Assembly: GCA_001661245.1 (NCBI GenBank)
Contig: KV454011.1
Coordinates: forward strand, 1,452,724 to 1,516,723
DNA: 64,000 bases
From: Pachysolen tannophilus NRRL Y-2460
Lineage: Eukaryota
Direction: 5' to 3'
The translations under genes were made by a program, and so were the position numbers. The notes beneath the pieces are model-generated. The model saw only the letters and a list, made by a program, of their open reading frames with translations. It searched no databases and was not told the origin of the DNA. Positions 12,763 through 23,759 of this stretch are shown here, in pieces. Numbering within the stretch: position 1 is the stretch's first letter; the number at the start of each line of letters is the position of its first letter.

Positions 12763-13430
12763 TTAAATGAAGAAAGTGTAGTAAGTACCAAAAAGAGCAG
12801 TAGTAGCCAAGACTGCGTAACCAGTTCTGTAAACACCTTTTATAGTCAATTCTTTAGCTAAATCCCAAACTAAATGTCTAATACCATTAGCAAAATGATA
12901 TACAAATGGGTAAGCCATAGCAGCTTTAGTACCATATTTAAACCATTCTGGTAATGAGGAATAAAATTCAAAAATTGCATTAGAATCAATAGGAAGACCC
13001 AAGACTGAGAATAAAGCATAACCACAAGTTAAACCGTAAAATCCAACAGCCATATAGACACCAGTAATTCTATGGAATGAAGACATTATCCAAGTAAGTT
13101 GTGGTTGATATATGGTCAAATGTGGTGAAGTAGGTCTATTTTTACGTTGAGCAACTAAAATCTTTTGTTCTTCACTATCTGTGAAATGCATTGTTGATAA
13201 TGATCTCTTGGATAAAACTGAAAGTTTAGCAGATGTTGAAGAAACATCGGTAATTATTTGACGGTTAACAGCTAAAAATTAAAACAAAAAAAACTCAATG
13301 TTAGTATAAAGAAATTCTCCCTAAAAAAAAACCAGTCTATATCTAATAACCATACACCAATGTGATTATTCCTCCCATATTAATTATACTCACATCTTAC
13401 AAGACCTAAACCTAAACGCCGAGCAAACAT
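12763..13430 (-). CDS. SDH3: Succinate dehydrogenase cytochrome b subunit; exons 13430..13394 + 13271..12763, 181 aa
   Basis: QRKNRPTSPHLTIYQPQLTW..SSFHRITG and HFANGIRHLVWD. Exon 1 MFARRLGLGLVR joins in frame across a GTGAGT/TACTAAC/TAG intron. Confidence 0.93.
13272..13393 (-). other. Spliceosomal intron in SDH3 (122 nt)
   Basis: GTGAGT donor at 13393, TACTAAC at 13306-13300, TAG at 13274-13272; phase 1, frame-preserving. Confidence 0.88.
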
Positions 13431-14898
13431 TTTTCTATCTCTTTAAGATAATTCTTTTGTTTTTTTATTATCAATACTATATTAGTATAATAATATTATT
13501 ATATTATAGATTAAATAAAATAAATAAAAAATAAATATAAACTATCAATTATTAATGTAAAGACTTTTTTAATTCCTTCCTTCCTTTCTTCCCTTATTAT
13601 TCCTCCTCCGCAAGTGACCCAAAAAAAAAATTAAAAAAAAAAAAAAAAAAAATCAAACAAGCAGTCGTGAAGCTCATATCAATAACATATCGGATGCGAA
13701 TTCTAATTGTAACCAATAGAATTTGGAAAAATTAAAATCATTTTTTTTTTCAAACGCAAGACCGTCAAATGTCGGGTCACTAAGTGAACCCATTCAATCA
13801 ATTATCGAGGGCTTTTTTTAATTTTGTTTTTGTTGCATGTTTTGGCTTAAAGTGCACTACTTATTATATACCATTTTGTGCAGAGAAGGCCCAAAAAAAG
13901 GAAAAGGAAAAAGAAAAAGAAGTTGGTTTCGGTTATCTCGCCGCTCGCTTGAAGGTATGTTTGAGTCGACAAATACAAGAAAATTTGTAAAGTTTTAAAT
14001 TGATTTTTTTTAAAAAAGTATAAGGTATCAGTTGTCTATAGGAATATACAGACTATAATTATTCTTGTATTGGTACTTTTTTTCCTATAAAATTATCCAT
14101 GTTTTAAGTTATTTGGAATTAATTTCCGGTATTATAGTTGAGATCTCAAAAAGCAAAAAAAAGAAACTTGCAGCTAATATTTTGTACTACTGTCCTAGAA
14201 GAAGAGTGTATTATTGTTTGTATTTTACTATATTCAAATAGAATGTTAGTTGTTCAATTTTAGAGCAATTAATGGCAGATAGATGATCATCACGAAATAA
14301 TAGGCAAATAAATTAATTATATTGATTCAAAATATGTATGTATGAATTCTATTGTATTTATTTTGTAAGATTAAAGAGAGGTATTAAACAACAGAAATCG
14401 GGTACTAAGTTCTAGTGTGCGTTTACGTTTACGTGCATTGGACTGGACTGGATTGAATTAGATTAGACCTTCTCAAAATCTCACGTAAACGTCTTTCTTT
14501 ATTATTACTATATTAAACCTGATTTTATTACTTTTCTAATAGTAGATTGTAAATAGAGGCTTTCAATTGATATTTGATATTAATAATAGTTAAATAGATA
14601 GATATATACTTGTTTTATTAAAGAACAAAAATAGCATTTTATCTATGAAATATAAAAATACATCTTTCAATGGCTTATATGAAATGGGTTGATCTAAATC
14701 TTCTTCTTCTCTATTCTCTATTCTCTGCTCTTGTATCTTTGTCAAAATAGATGATGTTATCTTCCTTTTTTGCTTTTCTTTTTTCTTTTAATTTTTATTT
14801 TTTTTCCCCTTTATATATTACAAAATTGATTAAATTCTATTTTTACATAATATATTTATATATATTTATATATATATATAATATATATATATAACTAT

Positions 14899-15729
14899 AT
14901 GGATATAATGACATCGTTAAATACTTCGTTATCAATTAAGAAGTTGTCTTTAATAATAGACGAGACAAATGATTTAATTGATGAGAATATAAGGTTGAAA
15001 CAGTTGGATGGTAATAAAAATGAAATAATAACAAATTTGAATAATTTAAAAAACAATTTTGAAAAAATTGATTCAGAATTAATATATAATACTAATGATT
15101 TTTTAAAAAATAAAGAAATTTTAGAAGAAAGTTTACAAGATTATAATTCATTAATAGATTCTTTAATTGGATACAATTTTAAAATTGATGATTTAGAAAA
15201 ATTTAAAATTAAAAATTTAAAATGTATTTCAAATGAAATTGAAAATAGGAAAATTAAACCTGAAAAATCAGTAAGGTTTAAAGAAAATTTAATTGAACCA
15301 GAACATATAATTTCAAATAATTTTACTCCATATAAAGATCTGATAGGACCGTCTAATGAAGAAACTCTTTTCCCAACTTCTCAATCTTTTGAAAATTCTT
15401 CATCAGATCAAAGATCTGATTCGTCATTTGATAATAGACAACTTTTTATAGATAATCAACAAGAACTTTTACAACAAGATTCTATGTTAGAATCATTATC
15501 TGGATCAGTAAGAAATCAAAGAGATATGGGAATAGCTATAAATGATGAACTTGATGATCATTTATTTATTTTACATGATTTAGAAAGAATGATTGATGGT
15601 ACAGGGGATAAATTAAATAAAGGAAGGAAAAAATTAAATAAATTTAATGAAAAAATTAAAGAAAATGGACGATGGGTTACTATACTTGTCTTGTTTTTAA
15701 TCTTAATTATGTTATTGGTTTTATTATGA
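14899..15729 (+). CDS. SYN8: Endosomal Qc-SNARE (syntaxin-8-like)
   Basis: KSVRFKENL motif, SNARE helix QQELLQQDSMLESLSGSVRNQRDMGIAINDELDDH, C-terminal TM anchor. Confidence 0.85.
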   Translation: MDIMTSLNTSLSIKKLSLIIDETNDLIDENIRLKQLDGNKNEIITNLNNLKNNFEKIDSELIYNTNDFLKNKEILEESLQDYNSLIDSLIGYNFKIDDLEKFKIKNLKCISNEIENRKIKPEKSVRFKENLIEPEHIISNNFTPYKDLIGPSNEETLFPTSQSFENSSSDQRSDSSFDNRQLFIDNQQELLQQDSMLESLSGSVRNQRDMGIAINDELDDHLFILHDLERMIDGTGDKLNKGRKKLNKFNEKIKENGRWVTILVLFLILIMLLVLL

Positions 15730-15833
15730 TTTTTATTAGCATGAATTTAATTTTGAATGTTTTACATCTACAATTATAAAAATCACTTTAATTTTAATAA
15801 TAATAATAATAATAAATAAATAATTAAATTAAT

Positions 15834-17171
15834 TTAAATGACATTTTCATGATGAGGAATTTTCCCTCTACCATACCCTTCTTTAGAATAATAATCCATT
15901 GGATAATATTTTTCATTCCACATTGTATCAGCATCTAACATAACCATTGCCTCGTATGGTGTTAATAATGGTTTATTAAAAGCATACCCCCAATCAATAG
16001 ATAATCTTGGACATGCAACTTGTACAAAAGCATCAATATCATCAAACATTGCCAATTTTTGTGGGAAAATTTCAGATAAAATAATCTTAACAACAATTTT
16101 ACCATTTGCAATTAATTTAGTTTCTAAATTTTCCAATGTTGTTGGTGAACCTTGTCTTCCTAAAGCTCCCAATATTAATCCAATTTTTTCCCCTTTTGAA
16201 GCAACTCTTATTGCATCTTCTCTAACGTCAACCATCTGTTTTTGATCATAATATTCTTTTGAAAACTTTCTAGAATATGGATCATACTGGAAAGCAGGTA
16301 TCTCTGGGTTATGAATCATTGCACTTTCTAAATGGAATCGTCCATCACCAACATAAACCATAGCATCTATTTGATTTTTATCCAATCTTTGTGAAGTACA
16401 ACCTAAAACTTCACCTTTTGAAAGTGGCATCACTTGTGGAGTAATAACGTATATTAATTTCTCGTCATTTTCTGGATTTTCCAATTTCCTCTTCATACTA
16501 TGTATTGTCGGATTAAATTGAATTGTACCAAATACTGCCAACTTGGTTCCATGATCAAAATTTCTTCTTATAGTCTTAACTAGATGTGATTCATCAATAT
16601 TTATAGTTACAAACACATATAGTACTTTAATCAATGTGATATCGATCGGTACTAAGCAAGAATGAGCATAATGTACAATAAAGTCACAATCTAATGATCT
16701 AGCAGTGTAATCATCAATACAACAGGCTCCATATGACACATCTCCCATAACTATAGTTTCACATTGACAAAATTGTTCGATAATATCACTAATAATTAAA
16801 GAATACATTAATAAACCTTCTGGCATTTGTAATGCAACTCTTTTAGCATTCTGTTTTTTAATATTCCATATTGTCTTGTGGATTTCAAAATTATAATTTG
16901 AAGGTAATAAAGCTATAGCTGCACTAAGCTCTTTATCCTCCAATATTTCTTTTGGAATTTGATTGATGACTCGGCCAATATGCCTCGACCTTGATTTTTT
17001 CACCAATGATACATCATTATTGCTATGTGATCCATTATTATCATTACTATCATTACTACCATCATTATTCTTATTACTTGCTAACGAGCTCTTTCCTACG
17101 AATCTGCTTCTCTTTCCAGCTCCATTTTCGGGATTAGTTTTCCCCGAAGCTTCAACTTCATCTATAGACAT
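15834..17171 (-). CDS. DPH1: Diphthamide biosynthesis protein Dph1
   Basis: LPSNYNFEIHKT, ALQMPEGL, GDVSYGACCIDD, HYAHSCL, ACPRLSIDWG, YPMDYY. Confidence 0.97.
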   Translation of the reverse strand: MSIDEVEASGKTNPENGAGKRSRFVGKSSLASNKNNDGSNDSNDNNGSHSNNDVSLVKKSRSRHIGRVINQIPKEILEDKELSAAIALLPSNYNFEIHKTIWNIKKQNAKRVALQMPEGLLMYSLIISDIIEQFCQCETIVMGDVSYGACCIDDYTARSLDCDFIVHYAHSCLVPIDITLIKVLYVFVTINIDESHLVKTIRRNFDHGTKLAVFGTIQFNPTIHSMKRKLENPENDEKLIYVITPQVMPLSKGEVLGCTSQRLDKNQIDAMVYVGDGRFHLESAMIHNPEIPAFQYDPYSRKFSKEYYDQKQMVDVREDAIRVASKGEKIGLILGALGRQGSPTTLENLETKLIANGKIVVKIILSEIFPQKLAMFDDIDAFVQVACPRLSIDWGYAFNKPLLTPYEAMVMLDADTMWNEKYYPMDYYSKEGYGRGKIPHHENVI

Positions 17172-17286
17172 CACTATACTGACAGCTAACCTAAGAGATA
17201 TCTTGTCGTCGTTATATATGATTATTAATCTTTAATTATTCTATTACAAAGTGAAATAAAAAAAAAAAAGAAAAAAAAAAAAAATT

Positions 17287-17340
17287 TGAAAAATTTTATT
17301 TTAAATTTAATTTCAAATTTTTTAATTTTGAGCTCATCTC
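17287..17340. promoter_or_regulatory. RRPE and PAC ribosome-biogenesis motifs in the DPH1/SHQ1 divergent promoter
   Basis: TGAAAAATTTT at 17287-17297 and GAGCTCATCTC (reverse complement GAGATGAGCTC) at 17330-17340. Confidence 0.65.
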
Positions 17341-17385
17341 TTCTATTTAAAATACTTGAATAAAAGAAGAATTAAAATCTGTAAC

Positions 17386-19029
17386 ATGATTACTCCTTTC
17401 TTCACCATTACACAGGATGATGAATATATATTTATTGCTATCAAGATTTCTCATGTGAGGTTCAATTCTGCGAATGTGGAGATGATAGTTGATGACAACT
17501 TGTTTATCTTTTCATTATCTCCGTACTATTTAAGGTTGAGGTTTCCTAGTTTGCTAGTAGATGATGATGAAAGATCTTTTGCTAAGTTTAATTCACAAAA
17601 TGAAACGATAGATATTAGAATTCCGAAATTAAATAAAGGGGAGTTTTTTGAAGATTTGGATTTGACAACTACGTTACTAGCTAGGAGTAATGAGCAACAG
17701 CAGCAGAAAGAAGAAATAGTGCCCAAAATTAATGATAATGGTTTATTGAAAGAAATCAACAGTAGAAATTTGTCAAATGAAACGCCTAACTTGCAAGTGA
17801 AGACTCCACAGATAGCTAATTTTCAGAGTAACTTGGGTTCGACTAAAAAAACTACGGGACCTTTATTCCAAGAAATTGATATTGAAGAAAAAATTGCTAA
17901 TGCTGGACGAGAAACCGATATTGCCAATGCCGAAGGATTTGGTTGGGAAATTGAACAAAAGATGCCAAATTTAGAAGATTCACAAAAAATTGATGCTCTG
18001 GATTTAGATCCTTTAATTTCGAAAAAAGTGAAATATGGTTTCAATAATCAATATGATTCGATGATGGAGTTTTCTATTGCTAATGGTAATGATATTAACG
18101 AGTTATCGGATCCTGATCACACGTCAGCAGATGACAGGATAATGGAAAGATTGATTAAGGAAAACATAAAGTTTGATCCAGAATACTATGCAGCCGACTA
18201 TATCATGGAGAAATATCCAGCAGAAGATGATGATAAAAGATTTAAAGATTTAATAAATTGGAAAAATCCAATTACTTTAATTTTTTTAAAATTTTACAAG
18301 CAAAAGCAACAACAACAAAAGGACATTATTACTGAAAATTTCCCACCTATAGAATTTACAAAAGATGAACAAGAACAAATGTTACAACTTCCAAAAAAAT
18401 CTTACCTTGTTGAAGAAAAAAAACCTTTATATACAACCATTATATCTTTATTATTTAGTTACTGTTTTGATCTTAGAGAAAATGAAGGAGATCATAATAT
18501 TGAAAGTGCATGGACAATAGGGAAATTAACACCTCAAATTTCATTTTTGGATACACAGATTATTTCTTCATCTCAACAAGAAGATTTATTAAGAGCCACT
18601 GTTATAACTTTGACAAGACGAGCTCTTTCATATCCTTTACATAGAAATTATAATTTAATATTAAAGACTTGGGATGACGTTTATTATCAATTGAGAAGTG
18701 GTAAAAGATATATTTTAAGAAATCTTTTAGCTATAAGAGAATTGTTTCGTTTCCATGATATTTATTATATATATTGCAAGATTTTATTAGATGATTTATG
18801 TTCATGGTTTATCAGTGATGTTGGTGAAGGTACATTAAGGTCAATAGCTCATGATTTGAGGAAAATTGTTAATGAACTACAAAAGAAAGATATAACATAT
18901 GAGAAAGTTTTAGGAGAAACAAAACAAGAAGAGGATAACGATGAAGATATGAAAGTTTTAAGCTTACTTGATATTGAACTTATGGCTCAAGAAATGTATG
19001 ATCAACAAGTTCTGGAAGGAAATATTTAA
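17386..19029 (+). CDS. SHQ1: H/ACA snoRNP assembly chaperone Shq1
   Basis: MITPFFTITQDDE CS domain, FSLSPYYLRLRFP, YGFNNQY, HNIESAWTIGKL, RRALSYPLHRNY. Confidence 0.95.
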   Translation: MITPFFTITQDDEYIFIAIKISHVRFNSANVEMIVDDNLFIFSLSPYYLRLRFPSLLVDDDERSFAKFNSQNETIDIRIPKLNKGEFFEDLDLTTTLLARSNEQQQQKEEIVPKINDNGLLKEINSRNLSNETPNLQVKTPQIANFQSNLGSTKKTTGPLFQEIDIEEKIANAGRETDIANAEGFGWEIEQKMPNLEDSQKIDALDLDPLISKKVKYGFNNQYDSMMEFSIANGNDINELSDPDHTSADDRIMERLIKENIKFDPEYYAADYIMEKYPAEDDDKRFKDLINWKNPITLIFLKFYKQKQQQQKDIITENFPPIEFTKDEQEQMLQLPKKSYLVEEKKPLYTTIISLLFSYCFDLRENEGDHNIESAWTIGKLTPQISFLDTQIISSSQQEDLLRATVITLTRRALSYPLHRNYNLILKTWDDVYYQLRSGKRYILRNLLAIRELFRFHDIYYIYCKILLDDLCSWFISDVGEGTLRSIAHDLRKIVNELQKKDITYEKVLGETKQEEDNDEDMKVLSLLDIELMAQEMYDQQVLEGNI

Positions 19030-19780
19030 GATTTTTTTTTTTTTTTTTTTTGCTCATTCTCTTCTTCCGCAGTCTAAGTGTAGTAGTTAATATAGTAAAA
19101 TTATAATATTATATATTATAGATGTATCAATAACATGTTTATTCCTTTTTGCACAAAATAAATAAAAGATGAAGATCAAGAAGAAAAAAAAAAAAAACAA
19201 AAAAGAAAGAAAGAAAAGAAAAGAAAAGAAAAGAAAAGACAAATAGAAAAAAAAAAATTAAAACAAAAATAATAATATATAAATCTAAATCAAAAGAAAG
19301 TCAAATTAAATAATAATAGGAATAAAAAATATATATATAAGGTAAATGCTAATATTATCATGATTCAAATAATAACTTAAATAATATCTTTTCTTTTTTG
19401 CATTAATTTCTCTTTTTGAAAAAGTTACAATCATTAACAATAAAACATTGGACTAAATGAAACCAAAAAAAAAAAAAAAAAAAATATTATATTATTTTAT
19501 TTTATTTGATTGATTGATTTATTCTCTCTTTTTTCTTTTCTTTTCTCTTTTCTTTATTTCTTTTTTAATTATTTTTATTTTCTTCTTTTTTTCCTTTTCT
19601 AGATTCTTTTTTTTTTTAAAACAAATTTTTATTTTTTTTTTTTTTATTTTTTTCCAAATTTTCTTTATGAATGTTCTTTGTATTTCATTTTCATTTTTCA
19701 TTTTTCATTTTATTTGCATTTTTTTTTAATATATCAATTGAAAGGGAAAGTGAATGGGTTGGAATTGGAAAAATGACTCT

Positions 19781-20927
19781 TTAATTTTTTGGAGGAGTAA
19801 AAGTAATCTTTCTATGCTTGAATGGAGCCCATTTGAATTTCTTAACCCAAACGGATAACAAGTATAAACCAGAGAGGACAATAATAGCTTTAATACCCAA
19901 TCTTTTTCTTTCATCATGTTCTGGTTCAGCAGCCCAATTCAAAAAAGTAACAACATCTTTAGCCATTTGGGAAGTAGTTGCTTCAGTACCATCTTCATAT
20001 TCGACTAAACCATCAAATAATACTCTACCCATAGCAATTGAACCACCTGGGAAGTAAGGGTTATAGTTACCACCTGGAGGAAGAACAACACCTGCTGGGG
20101 CTTCATCTGGGTAACCGGTTAACAAGGAAAAGATATAATCACAACCACCATGTCTTGCCTTAACAATTAAAGATAAATCTGGAGGTAAAGCACCTTGGTT
20201 AGCAGCTCTTGCAGCCTGTTCATTAGCATAAGGACCTGGAATATGATCAGCCAATTTTCCTGGTCTCTTTCTTGGATTACCTTGATCATCTGGTTCATCA
20301 TCATATTCAAATTCTTCACACATGGTTTTAACTTCTGTAGTTGAATGAGAAACACCAACTAAAGTTCTCCAAGCAACTCTATCTAAAGAATGACATGCAG
20401 CACAAACTTCTCTATAGACATGGAAACCTCTTCTAATCGAAGCATGGTCAAAAGAATCAAACATCCCATTGTGTGGCCAAGTATATTCAGGTGGATGTAA
20501 ACCATGTTCTGCAGCAGTCATAGCTTCTGCAACTTGAGAATCTCTATACAAGACATATGAAGCAGTAAGTCCAGTAAGACCAACTGAACCAACAATAAAT
20601 CTTTTCAATAATGGAGACACTTCATTGGCTTGCTTTGTAGAAGTGGAAAATGCTCTCTGCAAAGAAAATAAATAAATAAAAAAAAAAGTTAGTATATATA
20701 ATATAAAATTTTTTTATTTTTATTTTATCACCATTATTATTTATTACACTATAGAATTCAAAGCGTCTCATCCATCTATTTTGAAATCATCAACACTTTT
20801 CCCACATAGTTAACCGAATCCTTTTATATTAAAATTAAAATAAATTCATAGGCGCTAATATCTATAGTTCTTATAAATTCTTATTTATACATACAGCACT
20901 CAATTTAGAACCAATTCTGCTAAACAT
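19781..20927 (-). CDS. CYT1: Cytochrome c1; exons 20927..20895 + 20656..19781, 302 aa
   Basis: Heme motif CAACH, MTAAEHGLH, PPDLSLIVKARHGG, YFPGGSIAM. Exon 1 MFSRIGSKLSA joins in phase 0. Confidence 0.97.
20657..20894 (-). other. Spliceosomal intron in CYT1 (238 nt)
   Basis: GTATGT donor at 20894, TACTAAC at 20694-20688, CAG acceptor at 20659-20657. Confidence 0.92.
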
Positions 20928-21719
20928 TTCTAATAAACTTCTTGAATGATATTAATATTTTTATTATTATTATTATTATTATTATTAACTACTATTTAAA
21001 AGCAAAAACCAAAAAACAATACTAATAATAAATCTTTTTAATATAAGTTCATTCAATTTTTGAACCTTCTTCTTTTTCTTTTTTTTTTTTTCAAGTTTTT
21101 TAAAAACTAATATTTTTTTTTAATTTATATTTTTACCAATAAAATATTAATACTTTTCTTATGGGTTTTAACCTATTTTTCTTTCTTCTTCCTCTCTATT
21201 TGTATATATTTTTTTTGAATTTTTTAACGCATTTTTCACCACACATAATAAATTTTTTTTTTCTTTGTAAAATCGAATCGACAAAATTTTATTGGTTAAA
21301 ACCAGAATGACAGAACATGTAAGAAAATGCCGGCGGCAGCACGGGTCATTTAAATCGGTAAGTGTCCCCATTCTGCTGTTTTAGTGTTTATGTGCACTAC
21401 TAGAAAAAAAATTTTTTTTTTTAAAAAAAAAAAAATAATAATTAAAGTAGTGCATTAATGATACAATATTCTAGATTCAAATAATTAGCTACTATACGTA
21501 CTACCTAGTTTAAATTTTTTTTGTTTGTGGTGTACATACACGACTAAAGTTTTTTTTTTACAACGGGGGCGGTATATGGGATTCTAGAAAAACTAAAAAA
21601 AAAAAAAAGTTTCCTGTTTTGGCACTTTGAGTTTTGCCAACACGACTTTGTGTGAGATGAAAAATTTCAAATTTTTCAACTGTTTATAAAAATAATAATA
21701 AAAATAGTAGTAAGAGAAG

Positions 21720-21725
21720 ACGCGT
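21720..21725. promoter_or_regulatory. MCB element (ACGCGT) upstream of CDC21
   Basis: Exact ACGCGT about 70 nt upstream of the ATG; thymidylate synthase is a classic MBF/G1-S target. Confidence 0.6.
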
Positions 21726-21793
21726 CTTTGTTATTTTTTTATTATTTTTTGTTATTTTTTTTTGTACTATAGTGATGTACTGATTGTTCAAGA

Positions 21794-22687
21794 ATGACAG
21801 GAATAAATGCTGAAGAACAAGGATACTTGGACCTTTGTCTGAAGATTGTGGAACATGGCGAGTTTAGACCAGATAGAACTGGTACTGGAACAAAATCTCT
21901 TTTTGCACCTCCTCAACTTCGATTTGATTTAAGAAATAATCAATTTCCCTTATTAACTACTAAAAAAGTTTTTTCTAAAGGAATTATTCATGAATTATTA
22001 TGGTTTGTTGAAGGTTCTACTGATGGTAATAAGTTATCGGAAAAGGGGGTAAGGATATGGGAAGGTAATGGTTCAAGAAAATATCTTGATTCTTTAGGTT
22101 TAACTGATCGTGAAGAAAATGATTTAGGTCCTGTTTATGGATTTCAATGGAGACATTTTGGTGCAGAATATAAAGATTGTCATAATGATTATCTGGGACA
22201 AGGTTATGATCAATTAGCAGAAATTATTCATAAATTGAAAACAAATCCTTATGATAGAAGAATTATATTATCAGCTTGGAATCCTCCAGATTTTAAAAAA
22301 ATGGCATTACCACCTTGTCATGTATTTTGTCAATTTTATGTTAGTTTCCCAAATGATAAAAATTTAAAACCTGAATTATCATGTTTATTATATCAAAGAT
22401 CTTGTGATATGGGACTTGGTGTTCCTTTTAATATTGCATCATATGCATTACTTACAAAAATGATTGCTCAAGTTGTAGGTATGGAATGTGGTGATTTAAT
22501 ACATACAATGGGTGATGCTCATGTTTATTTAGATCATATTGAAGCTTTACAACAACAATGTAATAGAATTCCAAGAAAATTCCCAAAATTGATCTTGAAA
22601 AGAAATGTAACCGATATTGATGATTTCAAATTTGAAGATTTTGAAATCGTTGATTATAATCCATACCCTACTATAAAGATGAAATAA
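21794..22687 (+). CDS. CDC21: Thymidylate synthase; as assembled it lacks the last three residues (MSV), which lie inverted at 23759..23748
   Basis: [55 protein letters not shown]. Ends IKMK* rather than IKMKMSV*. Confidence 0.97.
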   Translation: MTGINAEEQGYLDLCLKIVEHGEFRPDRTGTGTKSLFAPPQLRFDLRNNQFPLLTTKKVFSKGIIHELLWFVEGSTDGNKLSEKGVRIWEGNGSRKYLDSLGLTDREENDLGPVYGFQWRHFGAEYKDCHNDYLGQGYDQLAEIIHKLKTNPYDRRIILSAWNPPDFKKMALPPCHVFCQFYVSFPNDKNLKPELSCLLYQRSCDMGLGVPFNIASYALLTKMIAQVVGMECGDLIHTMGDAHVYLDHIEALQQQCNRIPRKFPKLILKRNVTDIDDFKFEDFEIVDYNPYPTIKMK

Positions 22688-23759
22688 TAATGAAGCAACG
22701 TCTACAACCAGCTCTATGTCAATATTACCAAAACATTCAAATTCAAAGCCTACTTTGAAATCATTACCAAACTCTGTAGATATAATGCCATCGACAACAG
22801 CGACAACGACGACAGCGACAACGTCAGCAGCAGCAGCAGCAGAAACAACAACGACAACGACAATGACAGCAGAGCCTCAGAGGCCAGTTCGCTCAAGATC
22901 AAGGATTAATTATAAATTACCGTCGTTAAGGAAAAAATTAAGAAGACCCGATGATAAACTTGTTGATGCTGTGTACTATGTTGAGCAAGACGATTTAAGA
23001 ATAGTTGATGATATTGAGGAACCAAGGAATAAAAGGAAAAGAAGAGATAGTGGAAGATTCATCAAGATTAGCAATGATTTCCTTTTAGATGGCGAGCCTC
23101 AGATTAAAGAAGAAGATGTTCATAATGGTGATATAAATAGTGATTGTAACAAGTTAAGTTTACCGGTATCACAAGTAGCTGTATCACAAGAAACTATATT
23201 ACAAGAAGCAAAATCACAGTTTCCGGATAAAACCGCCATTGATATACCTCAAAAGCAAACTAGAATTCCGTTAGGTGATATTTCAAACACAAGTAATAAT
23301 AATAGCAATATCAGTGGCAATATCAGTGGTAATTCCAGTCATCAAGATAGTAATGACTCTTCAATTGTGAAACAAGAAGATCTGAAGATAATACATAAGA
23401 AATCTAGTCTTTCAGAAGGAATGTCAGCTTTTGATTTCATGGAAGATGAACAAGAAGATTTATTAAAATGTAATAGGCGTAAAACCATTTTCAGTAATAA
23501 TAGCAATAGTATTAGTAGTAATGATGAAGGGAATAAAGTACCTATAACAATGAATGATGATGAGAGGAAAAAGGTTAATAAAAAGATGAGAAGCAGTAAT
23601 ATTCAAAAGAAGAAGAATAATAATAATAAGAGGAGGTATAGTAATGTATATTAGGGCAATAACAAAAAATTTTTTTTTTTTTAAAAAATAAGAAAACCTT
23701 TTAAAATTTAAAGAAATAAAATAATTATTTATTTTTTAGTTTTCTTTTCAAACACTCAT
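22685..23759. other. Inverted segment (1,075 bp) disrupting CDC21 and SGO1
   Basis: Re-inverting it restores both reading frames with no base gained or lost (see findings). Confidence 0.92.
22686..23654 (+). CDS. SGO1: Shugoshin C-terminal part (basic SGO motif), displaced by the inversion
   Basis: RPVRSRSRINYKLPSLRKKLRRPDDKLVDAV matches the shugoshin C-terminal motif. The frame stays open upstream of the 22716 ATG right to the breakpoint ([11 protein letters not shown]). Confidence 0.85.
   Translation, partial: NNEATSTTSSMSILPKHSNSKPTLKSLPNSVDIMPSTTATTTTATTSAAAAAETTTTTTMTAEPQRPVRSRSRINYKLPSLRKKLRRPDDKLVDAVYYVEQDDLRIVDDIEEPRNKRKRRDSGRFIKISNDFLLDGEPQIKEEDVHNGDINSDCNKLSLPVSQVAVSQETILQEAKSQFPDKTAIDIPQKQTRIPLGDISNTSNNNSNISGNISGNSSHQDSNDSSIVKQEDLKIIHKKSSLSEGMSAFDFMEDEQEDLLKCNRRKTIFSNNSNSISSNDEGNKVPITMNDDERKKVNKKMRSSNIQKKKNNNNKRRYSNVY

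Noticed and set aside
19076..19086. GTGTAGTA resembling the U2 snRNA branch-pairing sequence
   Set aside because: Flanks do not match U2 (no ATCAAG before or TCTG after, no stem I).
19514..19729. Phe-rich and Lys-rich ORFs
   Set aside because: Translation of the poly(T)/poly(A) low-complexity 3' region of CYT1.
22679..22718. +1 frameshift fusion of thymidylate synthase to the downstream ORF
   Set aside because: The inversion explains both junctions exactly, including the MSV* tail 1 kb away; a fusion would also block the free TS C-terminus.
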